Source: Eledone cirrhosa
Lineage: Eukaryota
Direction: 5' to 3'
DNA length: 64,000 nucleotides
Assembly (NCBI GenBank): GCA_964016885.1
Contig: OZ024742.1
Coordinates: forward strand, 134,850,001 to 134,914,000
Position numbers and translations under genes: made by a program. Positions 39,791 to 53,780 of this stretch are shown here, piece by piece. Positions within the stretch are counted from its first letter, which is position 1, and each line of letters opens with the position of its first letter. Under the pieces are notes generated by a model. It saw nothing but the letters and a program-made list of their open reading frames with translations. It had not been told where the DNA came from and searched no databases.

Positions 39791-41062
39791 TTAATAAGCT
39801 TCTCCTAGCAACAGATTGCTAGAGAAACTTTACAAATGGAAAGAAATATATTTTTATCATTTCGCATACATATGTTCACATTCATTCTGCCCTGTGTTTA
39901 TAAAATAAATGCATGTCAAGTACAGAATCGATTGTTCCCTCTCTTTGTTCACCATTTTTGCGTTATGTATGAGGTATAATTCATTGTTTTCATTTGCATA
40001 ATGTTTCCTTATATAATTTATCGATTTTATCGTGGAATATACTTTATTCTATATGTAGGGGTCAGCGTGAACTTTTGGGTTGGCTTGTAATAATTTAGAC
40101 TTATTCGTATTCGTAATATAATCCACATGAAGAATGAAGTCGGCAATAACTGCAAACAATTCCCCCAACTCGATATTTAGTGCTGTCAATTATTACTGCA
40201 CGATACTAACTATTTGAAACTAGGTGGATTGGGTCAATTGTGATTCAAGTGTTTGGGCAACGAACACAATGCTGACAGGATTTTAAATAATCGATATTTC
40301 GACAGAATTTCCAGTATCTTATCGACATAAGCGTATATTCTTCCTTTCTTTGATACACTCCATATCATTTAGTCGTTGATATATGTGTATATGCACATAT
40401 GTTCATATATATGTATTAGTTTAGTTTTTTACTTCCCCACTTCATCATCATCATTTCACCAGTTATATTTTAGCTAGTTTCAAAAAATGTATCCAACGTT
40501 ACAGGTAGTAAACTGAATTGGGAAAAAACGATTAATTCTATTTTGTCACGATTGATTCTCTTTTGTCAAGTCAGACGATGTTTAAAAAATGTTCCTTTTT
40601 CATCTAGAAATTTGCAACGTAACTATGAAGATGCAAACAAACCGGAAAACAAAAAATTATTGAATATGGCGCCCAATGTATCAAATAATCATTTCTATAC
40701 TGTCTTTTGTAGATTAAAAGTAGTTGCGTTTTGTAACACTTCAATACATACATTGTCAAGATTTTACTTTCATAAAATGACCTGACGTTAAGGCGAGTCT
40801 ATTTCAATTGTATACCACATTATAAAAGTCGATAAAGATTTCAGTGAAAGTCATACTTTTGCTTTTCATTCCTTCCTAGACAAAACCTTTTTCTCTCCCC
40901 CTTCGCTATAAAGCCATATGTGTATATATACATCTTCCTGATTGAGCGATTGTCACTCCTTTTAATTTCTTGAAAATTGGTAATTCAATGACTGGAGCAC
41001 TCTCCCATTGTCTCATTTTTACAACATTTCCCTCTCTTACTTCTCTCTCTCTCTTGCTCTTG

Positions 41063-41094
<32 letters not shown>

Positions 41095-42799
41095 TTTCGT
41101 TCGATCGATTTTGAGGAGCAATCAAATGCTCTTTGGCCTCTGATATGGACTAGTGTCTAAGAATTCAATGCTATATAGTTTCCTTGATTGGAAACGAATG
41201 TTCACTATATATGGACAAATGACATCTCATTCCCGATTCACTGTTAATTTATTATGTTCTTTAATCTCCCTTTGAATAATACAGCAGTTTCCAGTATTGT
41301 GTCATATCACTAAAGTTCTGATATTCTACATTTTTATATATCCTAATAAATATAACAAACGAGTAGCCGGCTTTGCAGTCTGTAGCACTGGGAGGTTGAG
41401 ATTCAGAGCTAGAGAGTCACCACGCTACCACGAAATTACTGACGACACAGACAAGTTCGATACACACAGCCTAACACTACGACAGACATCCCCCCTTTTA
41501 TGGATAACCGACTACTTAAACATCCTGATTGAAATCCCTGGACGAAAACAAAAAAAATAAAGGTGGACAGTACTTAAGTAGCAACATGTAAGTTGAAGAC
41601 TGCAGAATTAATATATCACATGAGATTGACTTTTGCTATTTGTATTGATTCCCCAACTTTTATTTGACGGCAATAAAGTGAGCGTGACGATCTTGTTTTA
41701 GACTATCAACTAATGAATTCATAAGTTTAGAGTAATAATCTACTGCAATAATGTTATTATTTCTCTAAGAATAACAATTTATTAATTGTCTCTCACTTCA
41801 TATAACTGTCGTGAAATAAGCAACCGTACTACTTCGAATGTAAAATTGGATAGATTAACGCCTATCCAAGAGGAGTTATTATCATTCAATTACACTTGAT
41901 TATGCCGGTTCCGAGGTTAAGTACTGGCATATGAAACCATAATATTCAGGAATATATTACATCCTCCATCGATAATGGGAAAGATAACGATTTGTAGTTG
42001 TTTTCGTCGTGTTTTAAATATGTGTTTGTTTAGAATCAATCAATAATTATTCATCTGAACCAAGTGTGTTAAATAAAATCAAATATCTGACCTTTTCTAA
42101 TCTGATGATGACGAGATATCAGTGATTAGCGCCATTGATTTCAGAAGAGTAATTCTTTAAGCTAATATAAATTCTACGTTTTAGATCGCAGCTCCACAAG
42201 CTAGCGAAGCGAGCACAAAGCATATGTCGATCGTTTAAATGCTATACCAGAATTCGCATGGCTTCTTTTTCTATAGCTATATAAAGGTAGCCATTGGGAT
42301 TTAAGTGTATTAATACACAAAGACCCCGAATCAACGATGATGGAAAAGGACCAGTGGATATTTAGGGAATGCATAATATAATGTGGATGAACATAATATT
42401 ATAAACGATACTTCTATCAAAGTAAGAAACGCATGCTCATGTTAGAAATTATTTTTTTCTATTCCTACAGTAAACAGCGTAAGGAAATGTATATGTTCTC
42501 TGGAGCTGAGAGAAATATAAGCAGCCCCGCATCTCTCTTAAAACACAGCCTACTGCTTACAAAGGGGAAAGACACGTTGAAACATAGAATGTGGTACACG
42601 ACAGTCGGAACTGAAATATCATCGCTCGAATGGATTCTCAAACAGGAATATCCTTGGGTTAAACAGCAATAAAATCTATTTCAATGACGCAGCTTATCTA
42701 ATTATTACTTATGACTTCTAACATATTGCTAAATTATACGGAACCAGAGCTATCTTGTCAATTGATGCCTTTTGATGGCGTAATTAATGACTCGCAACA

Positions 42800-43055
42800 T
42801 CATCATCATCATCACCAGCAACAATATCATCTTCATCATCATCATCATTATTATTATTATTTTTGAGTCCCAGTCATTGTTTTTATTTAACTGGAAAGTT
42901 TGTTTAAATGAATATGAAGCCATTATCTGCAGCTTGAGATATTCAGGACGTCTCGGAGAGTTCTTGTTGTTCCCAACAAGCATGCGTTTTGCAGTATTCC
43001 AAAAAATAGTGCTGGACTATTGTTCTTTAACCATCCTTGAACATTCTTTGAGATA
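42800..43055 (-). mobile_element. 3' end of a second R4/Dong-like element with (TAA/TGA)n tail
   Basis: Minus strand codes ...CLLGTTRTLRDVLNI, then a short UTR and AATAATAATAATGATGATG. Confidence 0.55.
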
Positions 43056-43259
43056 GTACCTAGTGCTCCTATGACAATCAACGGCAACAACAACATCAAC
43101 AGCCCGACAGCAAGAACAGGAAAACAACAGTGAAAACAACAACGACAACGACAACAAATATGTAAACGTCAACACCACTAATAACAACGTGACCAAAGAC
43201 AACACATACATCAGCAACAGCAATAATAATAAAATAATAAAAGAAGCAACAACAATACG

Positions 43260-45080
43260 AACCACACATTCGCTGATGCGGCGGCAAAAAAAAAACACAA
43301 ACAAAATATGTCCATTTGGAATTATCAGAGTATGCAGAAGGATTGGCACAATCTTGGAAATTAATCAAATGAGAGAAAACCTGGGCAAACCTATCTGTCC
43401 CAGTCGAAGTAGTGGCGGTAGCAAAAATAGGAACTGTAATTTTTCGGTAGATTTTACAGCAAACACACAAAGCGGAATTAACACCACAATTTGAAGTGGC
43501 AGTGGCACTGAAATGCATGAGAGACCGAATTGATTGCATAGCAAATGCCAGGCAGTTTGGAACCAGCTCGGTGTTATTCAAAACCGATTATATTGCTGTG
43601 AAACGCTATAGCCCTCAATACATCATAAAGTACCCGTTACACATAGAAAACATGTGGTAAAAGTCTGCATTCTCATGATCCTACAAGTACCGGATTTAGA
43701 GTGGCTCCTGGGTTGCGTCATTGTGGAGGGTACCGATGGTACCCTCATAGCCGTCACTAAAAGACCAAGACAGGACTGGTACGGCGTGGATTTGTAGATT
43801 ATTCTCCAAATCAAGCCAAATCAGTCCAAGAACAGCTCGGATCATGCCGTTAGGAGGACGGGTCGGAAATACATGTCGTCACTGAGGGAAGAATGCCACA
43901 CTGTTTTGTCTGCGATGAAGCAACACATTTGAAAGACTTATGCCCTCAGAACAAACATAAAGGGGTGTCAAACTTCCATTGTTGCCAACACCAGAGCCTG
44001 AAGAGAATAGGTCACAATGATCAATAGCAGCACCAGTGGAAACAATCACACGAGCAGCAGCTATATCACTACCAACATGTACAACAAAAGACAAAATCCA
44101 CCCAAGCCGAGGATAAGGAAAGCTCTCTCACTCACTCCCCCTCCCCCCTCCCCGGAAAAATTATTACAAAAAGAAACAGACAAACACGAACATTTGAATC
44201 AGAGACAGAATCGTCGTCTTCACATAGCGAAGACGAGAGACTAATACAATGTCAGAAAAAAAAAACAGAAACGATGACAGAAAGAAGAAAATCACCCCAA
44301 AACAACACACACACATACACACATACACACAAAAACAACAGAAAACGCAAGCACCACATACACATGAAGCACAGACTGATCCCCAATAAAACTAACACCG
44401 CCACCGCTAACACAATCACATCAACGAAAACAAGCAAAATCATAACAACAACAACAACAAAAAAGAGTAAACGTCTGGATAGAAATAAGGGCCAATGATA
44501 AATTTAAGGCATGAAGCAAAGAAATTGAAAAGGAGGAGCAGATATTTGGCAAGAGTACATTTCGTGTAACGGAAGGGCTGATTATGGTACGAATGTCACT
44601 GGATGCCTACAAAGACGTTAGGAAGAGCTTTCCACATGACATAGGAACTCCTAATTTTAAAGCTACAAGCAGTCTGTTAAAAGGGTTCCAACCAAACATG
44701 GAGGTGGAATCATCCAACCTTCACAAAAGCTAGTCAACATGCATATATATTAATAGTAGGTTGCATAAATGTTCGTCGACTGGGGTCGTCCAGGAAGAAG
44801 GGTCGCTTGCTGAATGACCCCATGTCATTAAATCTTTATGTGACTGCCGTTAGCGAGACCAGGTTTCCGACACATGTCTACAAGTACCCATTTTCAGATC
44901 TTCGCATGTCTTATTCGGCCAGGAATTGTAGGTGAGGTGTCATTTCTGCTTAGGAAACAACTTGATCTCGAGGTAAAGAGGAGTTTCCTTGACTCTGACT
45001 GTAAGTTGGTGGTCATATATGTAAGCGATAGCGAAGGTGAAGCCTTTAAACGTGTGGCCGTCTACGCTCCAACTTCACAT
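43260..45080 (+). mobile_element. 5' part (ORF1 + start of APE) of an older Tx1-like copy, 3'-truncated
   Basis: Collinear with 2256-4100: WLLGCVIVEG, TEGRMPHCFVCDEATHLKDLCPQ, VGCINVRRLGS..KKGRLLND, VAVYAP. Confidence 0.85.
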
Positions 45081-45712
45081 GTTTCTTAAATATAATTATT
45101 ATATTCCTCATCTTTACAATTTACAGGGACATGCGTATTTTTCGCATGTTTACACGTCTATATACACAATGTGTAAATTTATACAAATATTTACGCCTTA
45201 TCAGTTAACACTAAATCCAATATATACCGATATAAATAAATATAAAGTCATGAAATAAAAATGTATTTGAAGTCATTAAAGAAATTTATTTAAAATAGAG
45301 TTTTACATTATAATTTCAAATTGTAGAGTGAAATAGGTGTGTGTGTCTTTGGGCTATGTTGTAACCGTCCAAATTTTGGTTGGAGTTTGAATATTCATTT
45401 GTTTTTGTTGAATGATCGAGGCGTAAATTGTTCTTACATATAGCAATTTGAGACAGTTCAGCCACTAGTGAGAGAGTTTAGATATAACTTCATGTCCTTA
45501 TCCGAAGTAAATTTTCAAATTTACAAAATTGTGTGAGTGCTTAACTTTTTATGAAGAAAACCATCAAATACTTCAAGTGCATTTTCAAATGTATTTATAC
45601 ATAGTATATTTCAAATATATTTATTCGAGAATAGGATAATAAAAGACGTGTTTATGTTTATGTTTATGTATGTTTGTGTGTTTGATTGTTTGTAGGAATA
45701 AATATATTACTG

Positions 45713-45756
<44 letters not shown>

Positions 45757-46456
45757 CACATAAATGTTTATGTAACATCAGTCATCGTGTGTGCGTCCGT
45801 ATGCACGAGCGCAATTTCCTTTATGTTTTCGTATCCTATTCTATCTTTATCCTGCACTAGCGTAACCTTTGCATAGTAAGTCCATCCCTTGAGACTTCAG
45901 GGGGGCATCGTGCTCACTCTCCTTTGCGTAGACATTTTATTCGTTTATTTACTACGCCAAATATTATCTTATTTCCTTATCTGCATAGGACTTTTTGTGG
46001 GTTTTATTTATTGAAAATTTTGCCTCATGAAATAGAAGAAAGAAAAAAACATAGAAATATGCGTATTTATAGTGGGCAAAATGCATAAAATTACATACTC
46101 ATACAAACTTATGCGCATATTATATAAAAACACATATATATATAATATATACGAGTATATACATAAGTACTTTTATTTGTATGTTGAATGTTTTGTCTCT
46201 CATCTCATATTTTCCTTATGATTTTCGTAAAGTTTCACAGATTATCGATCAAAATTCGGTAAATATATCAGGACGTGTAGAAACGGAGATGAGAAGCATA
46301 TCATACTATAACCATTAAAATAGGATTCTGGCAGAAAACAAGGAGGTAACCTTTACTAATGGCGTGTACTATCGTTATTAAGTAACTTTACAATAATCGA
46401 TATTAAATAACAGAGCACATATGGTTTAAAGAGATCTAATCACATACACACAAGCA

Positions 46457-46527
<71 letters not shown>

Positions 46528-46579
46528 GTGTATATATATATATATGTATATATATGTGTATATATATGTATAGATATAC

Positions 46580-46662
<83 letters not shown>

Positions 46663-46664
<2 letters not shown>

Positions 46665-46924
46665 GGAGGTGAGTTTTATTGTAGTACAATAAAGCAATGC
46701 GAATATCGGATAAGTAGCACTCTACAGTTTGTAGAACTGGAGTATAAATAATATAAGATCAAAAGATGGTTAAAACTTCACTATTCACAAGTATTTTTTA
46801 ACCTTCATATCATGTATCCCTATTTTATCTGATGAAAACGCAGATATCATCTCATGATGATATTTTTTTTGAAATGCGCATAATAAAATACTTGGAACTC
46901 TATTAACCATCTTTTGATCTTATA
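46663..46924 (+). mobile_element. Short form of the hammerhead element of 15995-17042, inside (TA)n; motif 46821-46890
   Basis: TATTTTAT-CTGATGA-AAAC...TTT-GAAA-TGCGCA-TA-ATAAAATA (8-bp stem I); 22-bp inverted repeat TATAAGATCAAAAGATGGTTAA (46752-73 / 46903-24). Confidence 0.8.
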
Positions 46925-46988
46925 TATATATATATATATATAAAAGTATATGTATATAAATATATATATATATGTATATATATATATG

Positions 46989-47039
<51 letters not shown>

Positions 47040-47050
47040 GTATATATATT

Positions 47051-47100
<50 letters not shown>

Positions 47101-47119
47101 CATATGTATATATATATAT

Positions 47120-47203
<84 letters not shown>

Positions 47204-47207
<4 letters not shown>

Positions 47208-48033
47208 ATCCTTTGGGAGGGTCATGTTGCCAATAAGAAACACACGCACCAGATACTTTCACTTCAATTTATTATAAATTAAATTTATAAATTTAAGAAT
47301 TTATAAATTTTTGGTTGCTTGGTTGGTTCCACAACCAGATGATTGTTCATATATTGTCAAATTTCTTTCGTCACACAGTCTGTGACCTCTTCAGTGACTG
47401 GAGATTCTTTTCTTTGTTTTTTTGTGCTTCTCCTTAGTTCTGTCCTAATAAACAATCATCTGAACTCCACCAACATGCTAAAATAGAGCATAAGGGTAAA
47501 TTAGAGAAAATAGAAATAAAAATAGAAACTACTCACAGCAAAGACGCAATGTTTAGACAAATCACAGAGGCAATAAACAGAGGCAAAATTAAATAGAAAA
47601 CATGAATGGAATAGCAACATAACAACTTACAATTAAGAACAAAATGAAAACACACACACACATAGAACAAACAACCAACCAGTAACATGTAAATAAACAA
47701 ATAAATAAACAAATATAAACACACACAGACACGCGGATGTAACACATGCGCAAACTAAGCACACAACACACACAAAAACAAGATGGCATAGGACAGAACA
47801 AAGGAGAGGCACAAAAACAAAGAAAAGAATCCCCAATCACTGAAGAGGTCAGAGAATGTGTGACGAAAGAACTTTGACGATATATGAACAATCGTCTGTT
47901 TGTGGAACCAACCAACCAACCAGAAATGTATAAATTCTTAAATGTATATATTTAATTGATAATAAATTGAAGTGAAACCAACTGGTGCGTGTGTTTCTTA
48001 TTGGCAACATGACCCTCCCAAAGCATAACAATA
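47204..48033. mobile_element. ~830-bp element with ~245-bp inverted arms, each with a hammerhead-like core, between (TA)n tracts
   Basis: 47204-47447 is the reverse complement of 47789-48033; cores CTGAAGA-GGTCA...TGAC-GAAAG at 47356-47398(-) and 47837-47878(+). Confidence 0.85.
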
Positions 48034-48090
48034 TCGGTTTCAACGCACGTTTTCAGATAAAGAATCTTGCTAAACAAATTCAGAAACGAA

Positions 48091-48138
<48 letters not shown>

Positions 48139-48193
48139 ATGTAAGTATGTATGTATACGTACATACATATATGTATACAGACGTACAGTAGCA

Positions 48194-48304
<111 letters not shown>

Positions 48305-48453
48305 GTACACATACATATATGTACGTATCAGTTTAGCGGACGCTTATTATAACTCCCGCTTTGTTCGTTTGTAAACAAACTGAACAGCCTGAATTTATGC
48401 CGGACGGTGTTAAGGCAACCACGTCACCTTTTTGTTCAACACTGACACAGGAA

Positions 48454-48494
48454 CGATGTACTAGTTTCATGCTTGTTAGCTATCATCAGCACCG
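48454..48494 (-). ncRNA. Minimal hammerhead ribozyme motif (dimer-type)
   Basis: Minus strand CGGTG-CTGATGA-TAGCTAACAAGCAT-GAAACTAGTA-CATCG; ACTAGT palindrome; stem-I substitutions relative to the 24574 copy preserve pairing. Confidence 0.72.
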
Positions 48495-48666
48495 TATACC
48501 CTTCTGCCAGATGGTTGAACGTTCGAAAGTATATACTTTCCTTATGAAAATTAACGGCTGAGCAGCCTAATTTGCATATCGAGTGAGTTATGTCGGCCAG
48601 GCGTACCGAAAACGATAAGTTGTAATAAAATGAAAACGAAATTTCAGTGGATGTTGGATCAGCTGA

Positions 48667-51654
48667 AATCCAGTGGATGATGGATCAGCTGTCTCTGAGA
48701 CAAATATAAAGAATGCAGTTTTGTCCTGCAGAAGAGCCATCGAAATGGGCACTTTGAATGTGAGGACTATTCGGACGCTGGAGAAGAGAGAGGAGTTGGG
48801 ACATCTGTTCGAGGAAAGTGGTATACAGATACTTGCGATCCAGTAACACAGGATTCTACACGATGAGCCCGTGAGGAGTGTGATGATCGGGAGGAAGAGC
48901 CAGCTCATCACTACATCGGCAGTGAAGAACACAACAAATGCTGCAGTAGGAGGAGTGGGTCTTGTGTTCAGTGCAAAAACCAATCTGTTGGTGAGGGAAA
49001 TAATGCCTATCTCCCCGCGAGTGTTGAGGGTGACCTTCAATGGAAACCCAAGACTGACAGTCATCTTAGCCTATAGTCCAACCGAGGGGGACAGTGATGT
49101 GAATGCGGAAGAGTTCCATGAGGAGGTGTGTAGAGCTGTCAACACCACTCAGGCACACAATATCCTGCTTGTTTTCGGGGACTTCAATGCACATCTGAGT
49201 AAGGAGGGCAGTGAAGATTCTTGCTGGTACTTCCATAACAACACCAACCGAAATGGAAGACTACTGAGAGACACCCTGCTGGAGGCGAACTTGATGGCGA
49301 CCAACGTAAGGTTTAGGAAGAATCTGGGGAAGATGTGGACCTAGATCTCAGATATACACCTGTCCAAGTCCAAGATTGATTTCATTCTGGTGAGGAAAAA
49401 GTGGCGGAATAGTGTTCTGAACACGGAACCATACAGCTATTTCAGTACACTGGGTAGTGACCACCGGCTTGTTATGAGTGAGGTCCGCGTGAGCTTAAGA
49501 AAGAGCAAGGCTCAGTCCCGGAGAACAATCTATGACTGGGGAGCTTTCAAGGAAGATGATAAGCTACAGGAGAGGTTCAGAGTGGAAGTGAGAAACAGGT
49601 TTAGGGCTCTGTGTGGAGAGTCAGAGGAGAGAGAGATTGGATGGACTGAGGAGAGTGTGACGAGAAGGTACGGGCACTTCACCAATGCAGTAGCGGAAGC
49701 AAGTGAAACCCTGGTGCCGAGGAAAAAGAACAAAGGGAAGCACGTCAGCTCTGCAAACCCAAAAGTGTGTGCAGCCAGAGAACACCTGAAAGCTGCCTGG
49801 GACCAATTCTATGCTGATCCTAGGGAGGAGAGGATGGAGACTGTGGAGGTGATGAGGGAAGAGCTCTGTACCACTTACACTGAGGTCAGAGAGGAGGCAC
49901 TGATAGAGAAGATCAGAAGTGTGGAGAGAGCGGTTGACAGATCTGGATGTAAGGAGAGCTGGATGATCATCAACGAGATCACAGGGAGGAAGAGAAGGTG
50001 TTCGAGTCAGATCCAGGGAACGTGGCCCAAGGATAGGAAGAGGAAATGGCTAGACCATTTTAGGACCCTACTAGGAGAGCCACCCTCCACAGCCCAGAGC
50101 ACTGGGGAGATCAGGCGGCTGTTTGAGGAACTGGATGTTGAGACAGAGCCCTTCACCAGAGAGGCGCTTCAGAGAGCCAAGAAGAGGATCAAGGAGGGCA
50201 AGGCTCATGGAGAAGATGGAGTGGCATCAGAGGTGATGAAGAGGTGTGATTTTGATGATATCATCCTGGGGTTCTCTAACGGGGCACTGGAGAAAGGAGT
50301 TGCCCCGAATCAGTGGAGGATCAGTAATATCGTCCCAGTGCCAAAGAAGGGAGATCTCTCTAACACCAACAACTACAGGGGGATCTCACTGACGTCACTT
50401 GTGGCTAAGACCCTCAACAGGATGATTCTTAACAGGATCCAGCTTGAGATGGAGAAGAAGCTCAGGGACAACCAGAACGGCTTCAGAGAGGGTAAATCAA
50501 CCACCAGTCACATCCTGATGCTGAGGAGGATATTAGAGGGAGCTAGAGCAAAGTTCCTTCCTGCAGTTATAGTTTTCATTGAATTTAGGAAGGCCTTTGA
50601 TTCTGTGGACCGTTACTACCTGATGAAGGCTTATGGAATCCCCAAGAAGATAGTGGACCTGATATCACTGCTCTACACCAACACCAAAGCCCAAGTCATT
50701 ACACCTGATGGGATGACAGAGTTCTTTGAGATACTGGCTGGAGTGCTCCAGGGAGATAAATTGGCTCCCTACCTTTTTGTCATCGTAGTGGACTATTGTA
50801 TGCGCCTTGCACTGGGGAAACACCAGGACTCTGGCTTTACTGTAGCACCGTCTCAGAGCAGGAGAGTTAGGGCAAAAAAGGTATCGGATGCTGAATTTGC
50901 CGACGACATAGTTTTGGTGACAAATACAGTGAAGGAGGCAGAGGTTTTGATGCGGGAGGTTGAGACTGTATCGATGAGTGTGGGGCTGAGAATGAATGAG
51001 ACTAAAACAAAATATCTGGTAGAGAATGTTGAGAAGCCAGCGGGGATCACTAATGTAGGCGGGAAGCCGCTGGAATTGGTTGAGGACTTCCTGTATTTGG
51101 GAGCAAAGATTGGGAACACGGAAGATGATATGGTTGAGAGGAAGAGCAAGGCCTGGGCGGCGTGCCACAGCTTGAGATCGGTGTGGAAATCGGACCTTCG
51201 TAGAGACCTGAAAATCCGCCTCTTCATTGCTGTAGTGGAGTCTGTGCTGCTGTATGGGTCTGAGACTTGGACACTGACCAAGAAACTCACTCAGATGGTG
51301 GATGGGTGCTACACGAGAATGCTGAGGATGGCTCTGAACATTAATCAGTATACACTGAGGATGAAAAACTCAGAGCTGTATGGGAGCATCCCAAAAGTCA
51401 GCTCAAAAGTGACACAGAGGAGACTGAGGTTAGCTGGACCTGCTCACCAACATCCAGAGTTGACATTGCACTCAGTACTCCTTTGGGAGCCCCTACATGG
51501 ACACACTAGAAGGGGAAGACCAAGGTTAACATATGTTGATGCCCTAAGGACAGACACTGGTCTGTTGGAGATGCATGACATGGCAGCGATAATGAGGGAC
51601 AGATACCGCTGGAGAGAACTCGTCCATGGATCTCGGGAATTTTACCCGCCTTAG
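48667..51654 (+). mobile_element. Near full-length RTE-group LINE: single APE-RT ORF with two in-frame stops
   Basis: One frame throughout: GTLNVRT, IQ*HR (TAA 48844), AYSPT, GDFNA, MWT* (TAG 49342), GSDH; NYRGISL, QNGFR, FRKAFDSV, GVLQGD, EFADD, FLYLG; stop codon TAG runs directly into (TA)n. Confidence 0.95.
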
Positions 51655-51657
51655 ATA

Positions 51658-51729
<72 letters not shown>

Positions 51730-52379
51730 GATAAATCTACCAAAATGTACGGTAGTGTCCAATCCGTATTAAGAACTCAATGTAATCCGAATATCATGAA
51801 AAGAGATGTATTCAAAACATTTTTTTAGGTGAAAATTAACGGAAAACCGAGTCAAGATAAATTAATAAAATAATGAATAAACAAAGAAACAGTTCCTTAT
51901 ATTAAAACATTCATCATTTTACGATCGTTTCTGATATATATGTTAGTGTTGGTATATATATCTTATAGATGTATGTAAAATTTTTACAAACTATCAGAGG
52001 GAATATACATACCTACACATATATATGCTGTCTTCAGACGCTCTATCTCAAAATTATTTTTGAAAAGCATTAGAAATGCGCAACCGGTAAAACTTAAAAC
52101 AAAAACTGAATACTAACCAATACAATTACTAATTCTCACTTATTCCTAATTAAACTATTTTTCACTGTGAACAATTTGTCAGCATTTTCTATTCCGTTTA
52201 CCAATATATAATAACTTGTGTGTTACATATGTATATATGTATATATAAATATATGTATATATATATGTGTATATATATGTATATATATATATGTATATGT
52301 ATATATATATATGTATCTATATATATATATGTATATATATATATATTATATTATATTATATATATTATATATTATAGGA

Positions 52380-52830
52380 TAAGTGTCAGGACACCGACGG
52401 CTGAGTTCCGGCCGTTTCGACAGCTAGTTCCGAACTAGCTGTCGAAATGGCCGTCGATGTCCTGGCTCTTTTCTGAATACCCACTCCACTACACATAGTA
52501 TCTAAATCTTCTGGTCCTCCGTGTTCCTTGCCACACTTCCTTCGCTATCTAGCTACTACCACCGTAGTGGAGCACTTTCAAACCTATACCACAGTCATAT
52601 CCCGACTTTCTACCTAGCCCCAGTTTCTTATATGAACTACCTACCATGCTAAAACACACTATCGAGTTTTCCACCTAGAACATCCCAGTTCCACCGAGGA
52701 GTTCAGAACTAGGTGGATCTCAGCCGTCGGGGTCCTGACTATTTTCCTATTATCCACTCTACTACCCATACTATCGAGTACTCTGGTGCGTTATGGTCCA
52801 CCTGGTTCCTTACCACACTTTGTTAGTTAT
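52380..52830. repeat. Inverted + tandem copies of the 17670 family; 21-bp-arm hairpin at 52410-52452
   Basis: GGCCGTTTCGACAGCTAGTTC-C-GAACTAGCTGTCGAAATGGCC; GCCGTCG..GTCCTG.CT unit recurs at ~52450 and ~52723. Confidence 0.8.
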
Positions 52831-52973
52831 TATATATTATATATGTATGTGTGCGTGTGTGTGTGTGGGTGTATGTGTGTTTGGCTGTCTTCCTGCCTGT
52901 CTGTTTGTATATATGTGTTTATGTCTGTGTGTACATAGAGTGAGAGAGGGGACATAGAGAGAGGGAGAGAAAT

Positions 52974-53060
<87 letters not shown>

Positions 53061-53589
53061 ATCGTTAATACAAATGGTGAGGGAATTTCAAATGAATATA
53101 TATTCCTTTCTCCATTCAAATAAATGAAAATCTTACACATAATCACATATACTCGAAACCGTTTACTAGCTGAAACATTTGTGCGATTACAAATATTATT
53201 TTACTTTTATTTATTTGTCCTCTTTCTAACATGAAATATTCCTTGTCTATTACACCTGGCTGTCCTAATATTTGGGCCTTTTAAACTTGTGGAAGGCCAT
53301 CTCTTTCCTTGTCTAAACATATTCGACAAATTACAGAGAAATATTAAATGCAAACGTGATCTCACAACGAAAATTGTTGAAACGAATAACGTGGAGTGTT
53401 GTATCCCATGCCATCACAACGCTACCAATCCGCCCTCTTCAATCAAACTCCTTACATCTATGTATTTCATTCATAATAAAAATAATGGTAAAGTTGGGCT
53501 TTCCTACATGAGAACTCAAATCTTAAAGGTCAATATTCAATTTCACAAAGAATTCTCGACAATGTGATTCGGGCAATTCACCAATTATT

Positions 53590-53780
53590 GACGGTGAATT
53601 AGCAGTATCGGTAGAGGGTCAGACGCCATGCTTTCCAGAATAGTTATGTCTCTTTACGGTCTGAGTTCAAATCCCGCTGAGGTTAACTTTGCCTTTCATC
53701 CTTAAGGTGTCGATAAAATAAAGTACCAGTAATGTACTGAGTAATTGCTGGCCTTGTGCCACAAGTAGAAACAATTATTA
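53590..53780 (+). mobile_element. SINE copy
   Basis: Full head, core and tail. Confidence 0.92.

Noticed and set aside
42433-42672. Plus-strand terminal-exon-like ORF with acceptor and AATAAA
   Set aside because: Such signals are common in AT-rich DNA; no homology recognised
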